Source of the DNA: Nitrosopumilus maritimus SCM1
Lineage (GTDB): Archaea > Thermoproteota > Nitrososphaeria > Nitrososphaerales > Nitrosopumilaceae
NCBI RefSeq assembly: GCF_000018465.1
Contig: NC_010085.1
Location: 1,500,001-1,532,000 of the forward strand
Direction of reading: 5' to 3'
Length of the DNA stretch: 32,000 bases
Part shown: in pieces, positions 19,401 to 27,380 of the stretch
Layout: each line of letters starts with the position of its first letter
Position numbering within the stretch: the stretch's first letter is position 1
Program-made: the position numbers and the translations under genes
The notes under the pieces: generated by a model
Databases searched by the model: none
Seen by the model: only the letters and a program-made list of their open reading frames with translations
Told to the model about the DNA's origin: nothing

Positions 19401-19439
19401 AAAATATACATGTGTGCAGACTTGCAAGTATGATTTAAT

Positions 19440-19832
19440 CTATAATTGGAAGGTGCTTCCGTATACCTGTCTAAATGTACGGGGTTTTGCATCACAAAAC
19501 ACATCATCACAACAAAACTTTGTTGAAAATTTTGCCATTTCTTCTAAAATTGGCTGTAATGCTTTTCCTTTCTTGGTAAGAGTATATTCTATTCTAACAG
19601 GAGTTTCGTTGTAGATATTTTTTTCAATCAGACCAGTTTTTTCCATCTCCTTGAGTCTTGTGGATAAAGTATTTGGGTTAATTCCTTCAATAGAATCTAA
19701 AAATTCATTGAAATGATGTTGGTTCAAGATTATCATATTGCGTAATATGTGAAGAGTAAATTTCTTACCAATAATCTGAAAAGTGTTGTCGATAGGACAG
19801 CATTTGCATCCGTCTACGAGAAAATCAATCAT
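19440..19832 (-). CDS. HxlR-family winged-helix regulator with clustered cysteines
   Basis: The ORF track start is a TTG at 19841, but ATG at 19832 gives MIDFLVDGCKCCPIDNTFQIIGKKFTLHILRNMI. HxlR-like FNEFLDSIEGINPNTLSTRLKEMEKTGLIEKN; cysteines in CKCC and CCDDVFC. Confidence 0.88.
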   Translation of the reverse strand: MIDFLVDGCKCCPIDNTFQIIGKKFTLHILRNMIILNQHHFNEFLDSIEGINPNTLSTRLKEMEKTGLIEKNIYNETPVRIEYTLTKKGKALQPILEEMAKFSTKFCCDDVFCDAKPRTFRQVYGSTFQL

Positions 19833-19937
19833 TTGTGGCAACTTAACAAAACTTCACCTACTACTGATCACTTCACGTTCTAATTTATTAACTTAACTTT
19901 CTATACTAACTATTAGAAAATGAGTGGAGGTGATTAT

Positions 19938-20036
19938 ATGACTGACAAATGTGTATGTGACTGTAATTGTGATTGTGTTGATCACAATAACGGTGTATGC
20001 GATAAGGAGTGTAGTTGTAACTGTGGTTGCAACTAG
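19938..20036 (+). CDS. Metallothionein-like 32-aa cysteine-rich microprotein MTDKCVCDCNCDCVDHNNGVCDKECSCNCGCN
   Basis: Translated by hand, absent from the ORF track. 10 Cys in 32 residues in CxC arrays, SD GGAGGTGAT at 19926..19934, TTTATTA box at 19884..19890, TAG at 20034..20036. An in-frame ATG at 19920 would add MSGGDY. Confidence 0.75.
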   Translation: MTDKCVCDCNCDCVDHNNGVCDKECSCNCGCN

Positions 20037-20143
20037 CCACAATTTTTTAATTATTTTTTATAATACATATGAAACATGATAAAACATACAGATAAGATTA
20101 CAAAAATAAAATCAATTTAATGATATTCTATCAAATCATTATA

Positions 20144-21322
20144 TCAAACCAAGATACTAGTCATATACATTATCAACATACCTAAAGCAAATCCTGAGGC
20201 AACTGCAGCACTAGATAAATTACGATCACCTTCAGTTCTAATCCATTTCAAAATGGTAATAATTACTTGAAATATGGCGCCAGCCCCTATTGAGAGAAAT
20301 ATTACTGATGAGAATGGAGAGTAAACAAAGCCTCCTACCCATGCTCCAAAGATTGCAGGTGCTCCTGCAATCATTCCCATAGCTGTAAGTTTCCAAATTA
20401 CTGTTTTTTCTCTGGACATTGGAGATGCAATTGCAATTCCTTCAGTGGTGTTATGAAGTGCAAATCCCACTATCAAAAATGTACTAAAGGCAATAGAGCC
20501 CAAGCCTACTGCGGCACCTATTGCCAACCCTTCGCCAAAGTTGTGCAATCCAATTCCTATTGCAATCATTAATGCAATAGCTACCGGTTTTGTAATTCTA
20601 GAGGAATCTGATATTTTTATTAATTTTTCACCAGCATAGTACAAACCAAGAAATGAGAGTACTGAAGTTGTGGCAACAAGTAATACTCCATTGAAACTAG
20701 ATGCAAGATTTTCATCAGAGACTTCTATTGCTTCTTCAATAGAATCAATCCCTAAAAATAACAACAGTCCTGCAGTTAATGCCAAAAAGAAATGGTATTT
20801 TGACTTTTTAATTTTTTTAATAAAAGGCAACCACAAAAGTCCAATCATTACGGGAATTATTCCAACATAAGTTCCAATTATTGCAAAAAATACTGCAAGA
20901 TCTAAAGTTGGTTGCAATGCAGGAGCAGCAGCAGCAATCTCTTTTTCAAACCTAGTTCCATCGTCTACTGTGATTCCGATAATGTATGGTTCTGCATCAT
21001 TCCATTCAAATGGAATTCTTACAAGTGCCGTTTCATATCTCTCTAGAAATCTATCAGGCTCTACTGCAGCAGGATGAATTCTGTCGTTAACATCCGCCAT
21101 AACTACTTCAACTGGAATAGGGCCAGTATTCCTTACGGTTGCATGTATTTCTGATTCTAGGAAATCAACTTTTTCAATAGTTACTTCAGGTAACGGGATA
21201 CCCAAATCAAGTAAATCCGAGCCTGGTCCAAAGATGTATGCCACCATCAAAACAATAAATGCAAATGGGATTATTCCACTAGCAATAACTTTGGCCTGGG
21301 ATCTTTTCTCATCAAGTTCCAT
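20144..21322 (-). CDS. ZIP-family divalent metal transporter with extracytoplasmic N-terminal domain
   Basis: 392 aa. Canonical TM motifs GIGLHNFGEGLAIGAA and FALHNTTEGIAIASP. Confidence 0.92.
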   Translation of the reverse strand: MELDEKRSQAKVIASGIIPFAFIVLMVAYIFGPGSDLLDLGIPLPEVTIEKVDFLESEIHATVRNTGPIPVEVVMADVNDRIHPAAVEPDRFLERYETALVRIPFEWNDAEPYIIGITVDDGTRFEKEIAAAAPALQPTLDLAVFFAIIGTYVGIIPVMIGLLWLPFIKKIKKSKYHFFLALTAGLLLFLGIDSIEEAIEVSDENLASSFNGVLLVATTSVLSFLGLYYAGEKLIKISDSSRITKPVAIALMIAIGIGLHNFGEGLAIGAAVGLGSIAFSTFLIVGFALHNTTEGIAIASPMSREKTVIWKLTAMGMIAGAPAIFGAWVGGFVYSPFSSVIFLSIGAGAIFQVIITILKWIRTEGDRNLSSAAVASGFALGMLIMYMTSILV

Positions 21323-22373
21323 AGTCTACTTCCTCTGTATTTTTTTGTTCATCATCTTTTACAAGGAAAACTCCAACCCAGCCTTTCTCTGAAAACTCTA
21401 CTTTATGAGCATGAAATAGATATTTTCCTGGATACTGGTACTTGAATTCCATTATACCTCTTTCTGTTTGAGACAATGTAATCATGTCTGTAAATTCAGA
21501 TGGGACAATATCTGTTCCTGTTGGATAGTATTGGTATAGATTTCCATGCAAATGTAAATTGTTAATTGGATCAAACTCTACCATATTGACAACATAAACT
21601 CGAATCAGTTCATCTTTTTTAATTTGAATTGGATGATGTTGGTAGTAAAACGGAATAGAATTTGCAGCATAGAAATTATTTTCAGTATCAAAGTCAGTAT
21701 CAAATCCATTTAGAACCATTACCATTTCATCAGCTGGTGGACGTCCTTCTTTGGGATCTACGATAAAGACACCGTACAATCCATGCGCAATGTGTTCCTC
21801 TAAAGGCATGACATGGCAGTGATATGGATGAACGCCAACAGGGCCTGCCTCAAATTCATAAGTGAATTGGCCGCCGTTTGCACCTACAATTTCAAAGACT
21901 CCATCCATTTCTGCTGGATGCTCTCCATGAAAATGCATGGTATGTGGTTTGTCACCATTGTTGATGAAATTAATTCTTAATAGATCCCCTTCTGTTGCTC
22001 TTATTGTTGGACCGGGAACTGTTCCATTAAAAGTCCAAACATTGTAAAATACACCTGGAGAAATTTCTTGAACTCTGTCATCATCGGCAATTATTGTAAA
22101 CTCTCTTACTGTCTGACCATTTTCTAATTGTGAAACACGACCATAGTTGAATTCTCTGAGATATTTTTCAGGATCAAACTCCACTTCTGATACCTGATAA
22201 ACAGGATCCAGAACCTCACCACTTGTTTTTACAACACTTCCTGTATGGGTAACAAATGCTTTCTCCTCTTTCTGGGCATCAATTCCTTCAGGAAATACAA
22301 GAAAAACTGATGATATGGCAACTACTGCAACAATAAAGACCAACATTAGTCCTGAACGGGATCTCATTACCAT
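21312..22373 (-). CDS. Two-domain multicopper oxidase
   Basis: 353 aa. HTMHFHGEHP, HPYHCHVMPLEEHI, HLHGN and FHAHKVEFSEKGW copper-ligand segments. 11-bp overlap with the ZIP gene start indicates an operon. Confidence 0.93.
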   Translation of the reverse strand: MVMRSRSGLMLVFIVAVVAISSVFLVFPEGIDAQKEEKAFVTHTGSVVKTSGEVLDPVYQVSEVEFDPEKYLREFNYGRVSQLENGQTVREFTIIADDDRVQEISPGVFYNVWTFNGTVPGPTIRATEGDLLRINFINNGDKPHTMHFHGEHPAEMDGVFEIVGANGGQFTYEFEAGPVGVHPYHCHVMPLEEHIAHGLYGVFIVDPKEGRPPADEMVMVLNGFDTDFDTENNFYAANSIPFYYQHHPIQIKKDELIRVYVVNMVEFDPINNLHLHGNLYQYYPTGTDIVPSEFTDMITLSQTERGIMEFKYQYPGKYLFHAHKVEFSEKGWVGVFLVKDDEQKNTEEVDYGT

Positions 22374-22404
22374 TAATTATTTGACTCAAATGAATAATAT
22401 AAAG

Positions 22405-22456
22405 TTAGCCTAGGCTAAATTTGTTAGTCTAGTGCAACTTTGTTAGTACGGTGCAA
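22405..22456. promoter_or_regulatory. Three tandem 14-bp DtxR-box-like elements spaced 19 bp: TTAGCCTAGGCTAA, TTAGTCTAGTGCAA, TTAGTACGGTGCAA
   Basis: First copy (22405..22418) is a perfect palindrome. Copies at 22424..22437 and 22443..22456 share TTAG...GCAA and the TTTG spacer. Lies between the DtxR gene and the MCO box A (CTTTATATT, minus strand, 22396..22404). Confidence 0.7.
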
Positions 22457-22482
22457 ATTCAAAATCAAGGCAAGTATTGTGA

Positions 22483-22974
22483 CTAAAAATTTGCTTTGTT
22501 AAATGAAAGCAGTAAATTTGGATTTGATTTTAGAAAAGTGGTAAATTTTCTTAGCTGTTTCATAGTTTTTGGGTTCATGTGATGCTCAATTCCTTCCACA
22601 TCTTTGTTTGCTATGGAACTGTCAACGCCAATAATTTCAAAAAAATCTAGTAGATCACTATGTTTTTGCCTAATATCGTTTGCAATATTCATTCCTTTAG
22701 AAGTTAGTTTCAGTCCCTGATATTTTGTATATTCTAAATAACCATCAGCATCTAGGCGACGTAGCATTTTAGTTACACTTGGAGGTCGGACATTCATGTA
22801 ATTTGAGATATCTGTGGGTGAAGCATATCCTTTTAGTTCTACTAGTTCAGAAATTACCTCAAGATAATCCTCCATGGTAGTTGTAAATGTATTTTTTTTA
22901 CCATGAGCCTTTTTTATGGATTCTAATCTTTTTTCTTTTTTATCAGATATCTTGATATTTGATTTGCTTACCAT
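22483..22974 (-). CDS. DtxR/MntR-family metal-dependent transcriptional regulator
   Basis: 163 aa. TTTMEDYLEVISELVELKGYASPTDISNYMNVRPPSVTKMLRRLDADGYLEYTKYQGLKLTSKG. SD GGGAG upstream. Confidence 0.92.
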   Translation of the reverse strand: MVSKSNIKISDKKEKRLESIKKAHGKKNTFTTTMEDYLEVISELVELKGYASPTDISNYMNVRPPSVTKMLRRLDADGYLEYTKYQGLKLTSKGMNIANDIRQKHSDLLDFFEIIGVDSSIANKDVEGIEHHMNPKTMKQLRKFTTFLKSNPNLLLSFNKANF

Positions 22975-23134
22975 TATTGACTCCCGTGTCAGTTATGGAT
23001 TTTTTGTATATCAAGTTTTAATGTTTTTAATGATTTGCAAGTTTCTAAAAATATCCTCTGTATTTCATATGGATTCGAAATATCTTTTTTGAGATTTAAA
23101 AAGTATCCTATAAACACAGTAAAGTTTCTACTGT

Positions 23135-23647
23135 CTAACTTATGGTAACTAATCCTACTCTCCATGGATGAAATGAGCAATAGTAGTTGAAAACTCCTTT
23201 CTCCTCGAACGTAAATTCGAATCTATCTCCTGTATTTAGTGGTGGACTGTTAAACAATTGAATGACTTTTCCTCCCTCATCGATACTTTGTATGTTGTGT
23301 GGTACTGAATCATCATTTACCCATGTGACTGTAGTTCCTACTGAAATTTCCAGATTCAATGGAGAGTAAAATCCGGCGCCAGTTACATCAAAGTTTCCAT
23401 TTGGAATAACAACTTGCGCATTAACTACTTGTGGAACTGGCTCCATCACCGTATCTATTACAATTACTTCATTTTCAATCAAGAATTTTATCATGTTGAG
23501 AAATTCACTTTCTGAGACAATTCCTTCACCGTACCATAATGCTGTATTTTTTACCCACTCTGGAACTGATTCAGCAAATGCAGACACACCGCCAATAGAA
23601 AGAACAATAGGGATTAGTGCAAGAATCAGATAATTCATCACATACAA
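23135..23647 (-). CDS. Secreted cupredoxin-like protein with N-terminal VPEWVKNTALWY repeat
   Basis: 170 aa. Signal peptide, one tryptophan-repeat module, then cupredoxin fold motifs TVTWVNDDSVPHNI and YYCSFHPWRVG. True start may be MNYLIL at 23638. Confidence 0.88.
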   Translation of the reverse strand: MYVMNYLILALIPIVLSIGGVSAFAESVPEWVKNTALWYGEGIVSESEFLNMIKFLIENEVIVIDTVMEPVPQVVNAQVVIPNGNFDVTGAGFYSPLNLEISVGTTVTWVNDDSVPHNIQSIDEGGKVIQLFNSPPLNTGDRFEFTFEEKGVFNYYCSFHPWRVGLVTIS

Positions 23648-23753
23648 TTTACATTAGAGATATTTAACTTTCAATTTTTTTACAAATTAATTCTTTTTCA
23701 AAAAATTCTAGATGTAAAATCAGTCTTTAATGCTAATTTGTTTTATTGTTGTA

Positions 23754-24788
23754 CTAGTTTTTAGAGACATTTGTAAATAACGAGAATTTAGACTTTGTAA
23801 ACAATATTGTCAAACCAATGGAAAGTGTAAAAACCAATACAACAAAGAATCCAAATTCTGGAATTACTGTGTTATGATATTTTTCAACTATTGGACTATA
23901 ACTAGCACCTGGTGCAATTCCACCTCCAATCAAATAGATATTTCCGTCAACAGTAACTGCATCTAATCCATGTCTTGGAATTGGCATTGGTTGTTGTTCA
24001 AACCATCCTTTCTCTGGTATATATGCCTCATTTTCGCCAAAGGTGTTAGTATATCCCTCACCACCAAAAACAAATATTGCTTCGTTCATGGCAGATGCTG
24101 CTAACCCACTTCTTGCAGTAGGAATAGGTTCAAGAGATTCCCAAGAGTCAGCTGTAAAATCATACACTTCTGTTGCATCAACATTGAGTTGTCCAGATCT
24201 TCCTCCAATCACATACATTTGACTATCTAAAACTGCAGATGCAAGATGTTCTCTAGGAGTTGGTAAGTCAGATTTTTTCTCCCAAGAGTCAGTTACTGGA
24301 TCATAAACTTCGTTTTCAAAACGAGTTTCTGTATTAAATCCTCCAACCGCATATAATTTTCCGTCAAGAAATTCTGCAGTTAATGCCCCTCTAGCTGTAG
24401 GCATGTTTGTGCCCTTTGACCACACATCAGCATCTATATCGTAAATTAATAATTCATCAGATGGAATCCATTTATCATAATATCCTCCAACTACATACAA
24501 TTTTCCTTCATAAATTGACGCACCAGAATGATGTAACATACTTGGCATAGAAGTACTAATGCTCCAAACATCTTCGTTAGTGTCATAAACAAACACAGAA
24601 TTTTCAGCAAGTTCTTTGTTGTTCAGGCCCCCAATCACATAGATTTTATCCTCATATGCAATTGCTTTTGATTCTGATCTTGGTTCAGGTAGATTAGATA
24701 GTCGTTCCCAACCTTCTAAAGGTTCTTCAGCAAAAATATTTGGAGTTGTAAAAGACAAAAGAATTAAAAAAAATATTGCTATTTTCAT
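23754..24788 (-). CDS. Kelch-repeat secreted protein with PEFG-CTERM tail
   Basis: 344 aa. Signal peptide, repeated (Y/F)(V/A)(I/V)GG Kelch motifs, C-terminal VIPEFGFFVVLVFTLSIGLTILFTKSKF. Confidence 0.93.
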   Translation of the reverse strand: MKIAIFFLILLSFTTPNIFAEEPLEGWERLSNLPEPRSESKAIAYEDKIYVIGGLNNKELAENSVFVYDTNEDVWSISTSMPSMLHHSGASIYEGKLYVVGGYYDKWIPSDELLIYDIDADVWSKGTNMPTARGALTAEFLDGKLYAVGGFNTETRFENEVYDPVTDSWEKKSDLPTPREHLASAVLDSQMYVIGGRSGQLNVDATEVYDFTADSWESLEPIPTARSGLAASAMNEAIFVFGGEGYTNTFGENEAYIPEKGWFEQQPMPIPRHGLDAVTVDGNIYLIGGGIAPGASYSPIVEKYHNTVIPEFGFFVVLVFTLSIGLTILFTKSKFSLFTNVSKN

Positions 24789-25129
24789 CTAAGATTTTTT
24801 AGATTTGATTTAATTAAAGAATTTCTTTTTAATAAAAAATTTAACGTTATATATTACAAAACCCAGTTTTTAATAAATTGAAATTGCAAAACAATTCAAA
24901 AATTTCAATAATTGGAATTATTGCTGGAATTATTTTGTATTTTATTCTAGTCAATAGACCTTAATTTACTATAATGTACAAATCAGATTAAAATTTGGGA
25001 AATATCTGTGGGTATTTTTCAAGTATCATATGAATCATAAAAAGAGAAACTTTTCAATTGTAAAATCAAATGGCATTGATCACACAAACTGTTTTTGGAA
25101 ATAATAAAAAGAAAAGAGATGTTAAATGA

Positions 25130-26542
25130 TCAAGAAGTCAGGATCTCTGCTACTACAGGAATTACTTCCCATAATGCGACATAATCGCCACTTTCTTGCA
25201 TTTCAGAAGCTACTTCATCAGTGTATAAACCATGAATGTTGATTGCTGGGTGAGCAATGCTTTGTTCTCCCATTGGTGGGACAGCATCACTTGGATTACC
25301 CAAAGCATATGCATAAGATGCTACTGGTGCTGGGATAACTCCTTTCTCAACTAGAACTGGGTTCAAGCCGAATGGGTCACCTGCTACAAAGACTGAAGCT
25401 GCGCCAGTGTAAATTGCTGCATAGTCATGATTTACTGCTGCATATACACCTGGTTCATCAAATACCAAATCAATGATTGCTCCTTGAGAACCTCCAATAT
25501 TCCATGTTTCGGTTCCTGCGGATTGTACTCTGTTACCTTGGACAACTCTATCCAATATTTCTCCTACAATGTGGAAGAAGACTGGTTCGTTACCATTGTT
25601 TTGTACAAAGAGTCTTACGTGTTGATCATTTTCAACAAATAAGAGTTGTGATTGGTATTGCTTGTTTTCAAGTCCATTCCATGGTTGTGCAACAAAGATG
25701 TTCTTGTTTACATCGCCTTTGACGAGTAAGTTATGAGCCATGTTTGGTACATAACCAAATTGCATTCCGTTAACAACTGTTGCAGTGTTATGATGTTGGA
25801 ACATTGCTCCTGCATCATAGTTGCCTTCAGGTGTAAGGTACAATTGATTGTATTGGAGTTGGAACTCTAATGCATCTGCATCATAGAATTTTCTGTCAAG
25901 TTCACCACTACCGCTAGTCTTCTCAACCATTAATTTCTTGTAACCATTTGCAGGATCAACGATTGCAATTCCGTACATGCCGGAAAGGACGTGTTGGTCC
26001 ATACCAATTAGTTTAACACCAGAACAATGGTATTTGAAAGTACCAGCTACTTCTGCGATGTAACAATACTGTGCTGTTTCGCCAGGATTGACAGACTCAA
26101 ATGCTGCTGCAGAAATTTGTGATGCGTGCATGTCGTTACCGTGTCCAGTAACTTCATCATCTGGAATTGTTAGTGTCATTTTGACTACATCACCTTGTGT
26201 GACTCTTAATGTTGGTCCTGGGACTTGTTGATTAAAAGTCATGGCGTTGTAAGTCTTACCACCCATAATTGGTAGCTCAACACTTTCACCAGTCAAGTTA
26301 AACTCAACGACATTACGTCCAGAGTTTTCTAGAACACCACAGTCAGTTTCTGCAAATGCTTGAGGCATTACAAGCTGTAAACCTCCCATTTGATGGATTT
26401 GTTCAAGCACATCGACATCCATACTTTGCATGTCAAGTGATTGTCCAGCAATCTGGGTTTGTGTGTATGTACTTCCGAATAGAGTTGCACCAATAACAGC
26501 TACTGCTGCAATTGTAAATAGTGCATTTATTCTTCTATTCAT
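25130..26542 (-). CDS. nirK: Copper-containing nitrite reductase-type multicopper oxidase (AOA NirK)
   Basis: 470 aa. TYNAMTFNQQVPGPTLRVTQGDVVKMTLTIP, GHGNDMHASQ, TFKYHCSG...GMDQHVLSGMYG and PVFFHIVGEILD, the thaumarchaeal NirK layout. Box A TATATAG about 26-30 nt upstream of the ATG. Confidence 0.9.
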   Translation of the reverse strand: MNRRINALFTIAAVAVIGATLFGSTYTQTQIAGQSLDMQSMDVDVLEQIHQMGGLQLVMPQAFAETDCGVLENSGRNVVEFNLTGESVELPIMGGKTYNAMTFNQQVPGPTLRVTQGDVVKMTLTIPDDEVTGHGNDMHASQISAAAFESVNPGETAQYCYIAEVAGTFKYHCSGVKLIGMDQHVLSGMYGIAIVDPANGYKKLMVEKTSGSGELDRKFYDADALEFQLQYNQLYLTPEGNYDAGAMFQHHNTATVVNGMQFGYVPNMAHNLLVKGDVNKNIFVAQPWNGLENKQYQSQLLFVENDQHVRLFVQNNGNEPVFFHIVGEILDRVVQGNRVQSAGTETWNIGGSQGAIIDLVFDEPGVYAAVNHDYAAIYTGAASVFVAGDPFGLNPVLVEKGVIPAPVASYAYALGNPSDAVPPMGEQSIAHPAINIHGLYTDEVASEMQESGDYVALWEVIPVVAEILTS

Positions 26543-26744
26543 TAAGCACCGTGACTGCGAATCCTATATAATAATTCCCCTTGCCTAGAGTGCATTTTCA
26601 CCACATTTTTAAAAATAAAACCAGATTTTTTTCATTGATCGTTTATAGGACTTGTATAAAATAGAAGTTTTTTGCAGATATTAAAAAAACTTGATTTATG
26701 ATCTGAGTGTAGAATTTACATAAATTTCTAAGAAGATGTTTAGA

Positions 26745-27380
26745 CTATGAAATAGGCTTTTCATCTTTTTCTAAGATGTTGTTTCTAGTCCCAAGCCAAT
26801 CAGGCCATCCGGCCCATCCTTTGTTTTTGTATGTTCTATTGGGAGTTGTAGGTATATCTGCAGGTAGCTGAAATGTTTTGTAATATTGCACCCATTGAAG
26901 ATAATTACAAAGTTTTAATTTTCTTGCAAACATTCTAGCTTGATTAAATGGTCTGAATTTTTTGTTTTGTGGAGCTACGGTATAAGTCCCAAGCCAATCC
27001 CCAAACCCTTTCCACTCTTTTGTATAATACTGTCGTGGAACAGATGGGATGTCCTGAGGTTTTTTGTTTGATTTACAAAATTCTAACCAGTCATAATAAG
27101 TTCTTAAATTAAGTGAATGTGCAAATTTTCTCGCATCCTTAAATGATCTAAATTTTTTGTTTTGTGGAGCTACGGTATAAGTCCCAAGCCAATCCCCTAA
27201 CCCCTTCCACTTTTTTGCATAATGTTTTCGTGGAACAGATGGGATGTCCTGAGGTTTTTTGTTTGATTTACAAAACAAAATCCATTCACGTTCATTTTTT
27301 AATTTTAAACTGTGTACATAATCTCGTGCATTCTTAAAAGATTTGAATTTCATATTTTTTCTAATTGTCACATTTATCAC
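26745..27380 (-). CDS. Protein made of three tandem ~65-aa repeats resembling the 'integrase repeat unit'
   Basis: 211 aa. Three copies of FxSFxxARxFxxxLxLxxxxxWxxFCKSxKKPxDIPSxPxxxYxxxWxGxxDWLGT. Confidence 0.85.
   Translation of the reverse strand: MINVTIRKNMKFKSFKNARDYVHSLKLKNEREWILFCKSNKKPQDIPSVPRKHYAKKWKGLGDWLGTYTVAPQNKKFRSFKDARKFAHSLNLRTYYDWLEFCKSNKKPQDIPSVPRQYYTKEWKGFGDWLGTYTVAPQNKKFRPFNQARMFARKLKLCNYLQWVQYYKTFQLPADIPTTPNRTYKNKGWAGWPDWLGTRNNILEKDEKPIS
26956..27275. repeat. Near-identical 195-bp-period tandem DNA repeats inside 26745..27380
   Basis: 48-bp block TCGTGGAACAGATGGGATGTCCTGAGGTTTTTTGTTTGATTTACAAAA at 27033..27080 and 27228..27275. A second block beginning AATTTTTTGTTTTGTGGAGCTACGGTATAAGTCCCAAGCCAATCCCC occurs near 26956 and 27151. 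Confidence 0.88.

Noticed and set aside
17231-19614. Short ORFs 17231..17422, 17704..18009, 17844..18062, 18808..18990, 19046..19231, 19414..19614
   Set aside because: Antisense to the DsbA, UspA, BNR-propeller and HxlR genes, with no conserved motif.
20670-20870. Plus-strand 66-aa ORF
   Set aside because: Antisense to the ZIP transporter gene.
22989-23180. Minus-strand 63-aa ORF between the DtxR and cupredoxin genes
   Set aside because: Overlaps the cupredoxin C-terminus by 46 bp. Low-quality sequence and no promoter or SD noted. It more likely covers the DtxR 5' region.
25427-25722. Plus-strand ORFs inside nirK (25427..25642, 25477..25722)
   Set aside because: Antisense to nirK, with compositions unlike real proteins.
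26956-27275. Could the 195-bp repeats be CRISPR-like or a mobile element?
   Set aside because: The repeats are in frame and encode a conserved 65-aa protein unit. There is no spacer structure, terminal inverted repeat or transposase.
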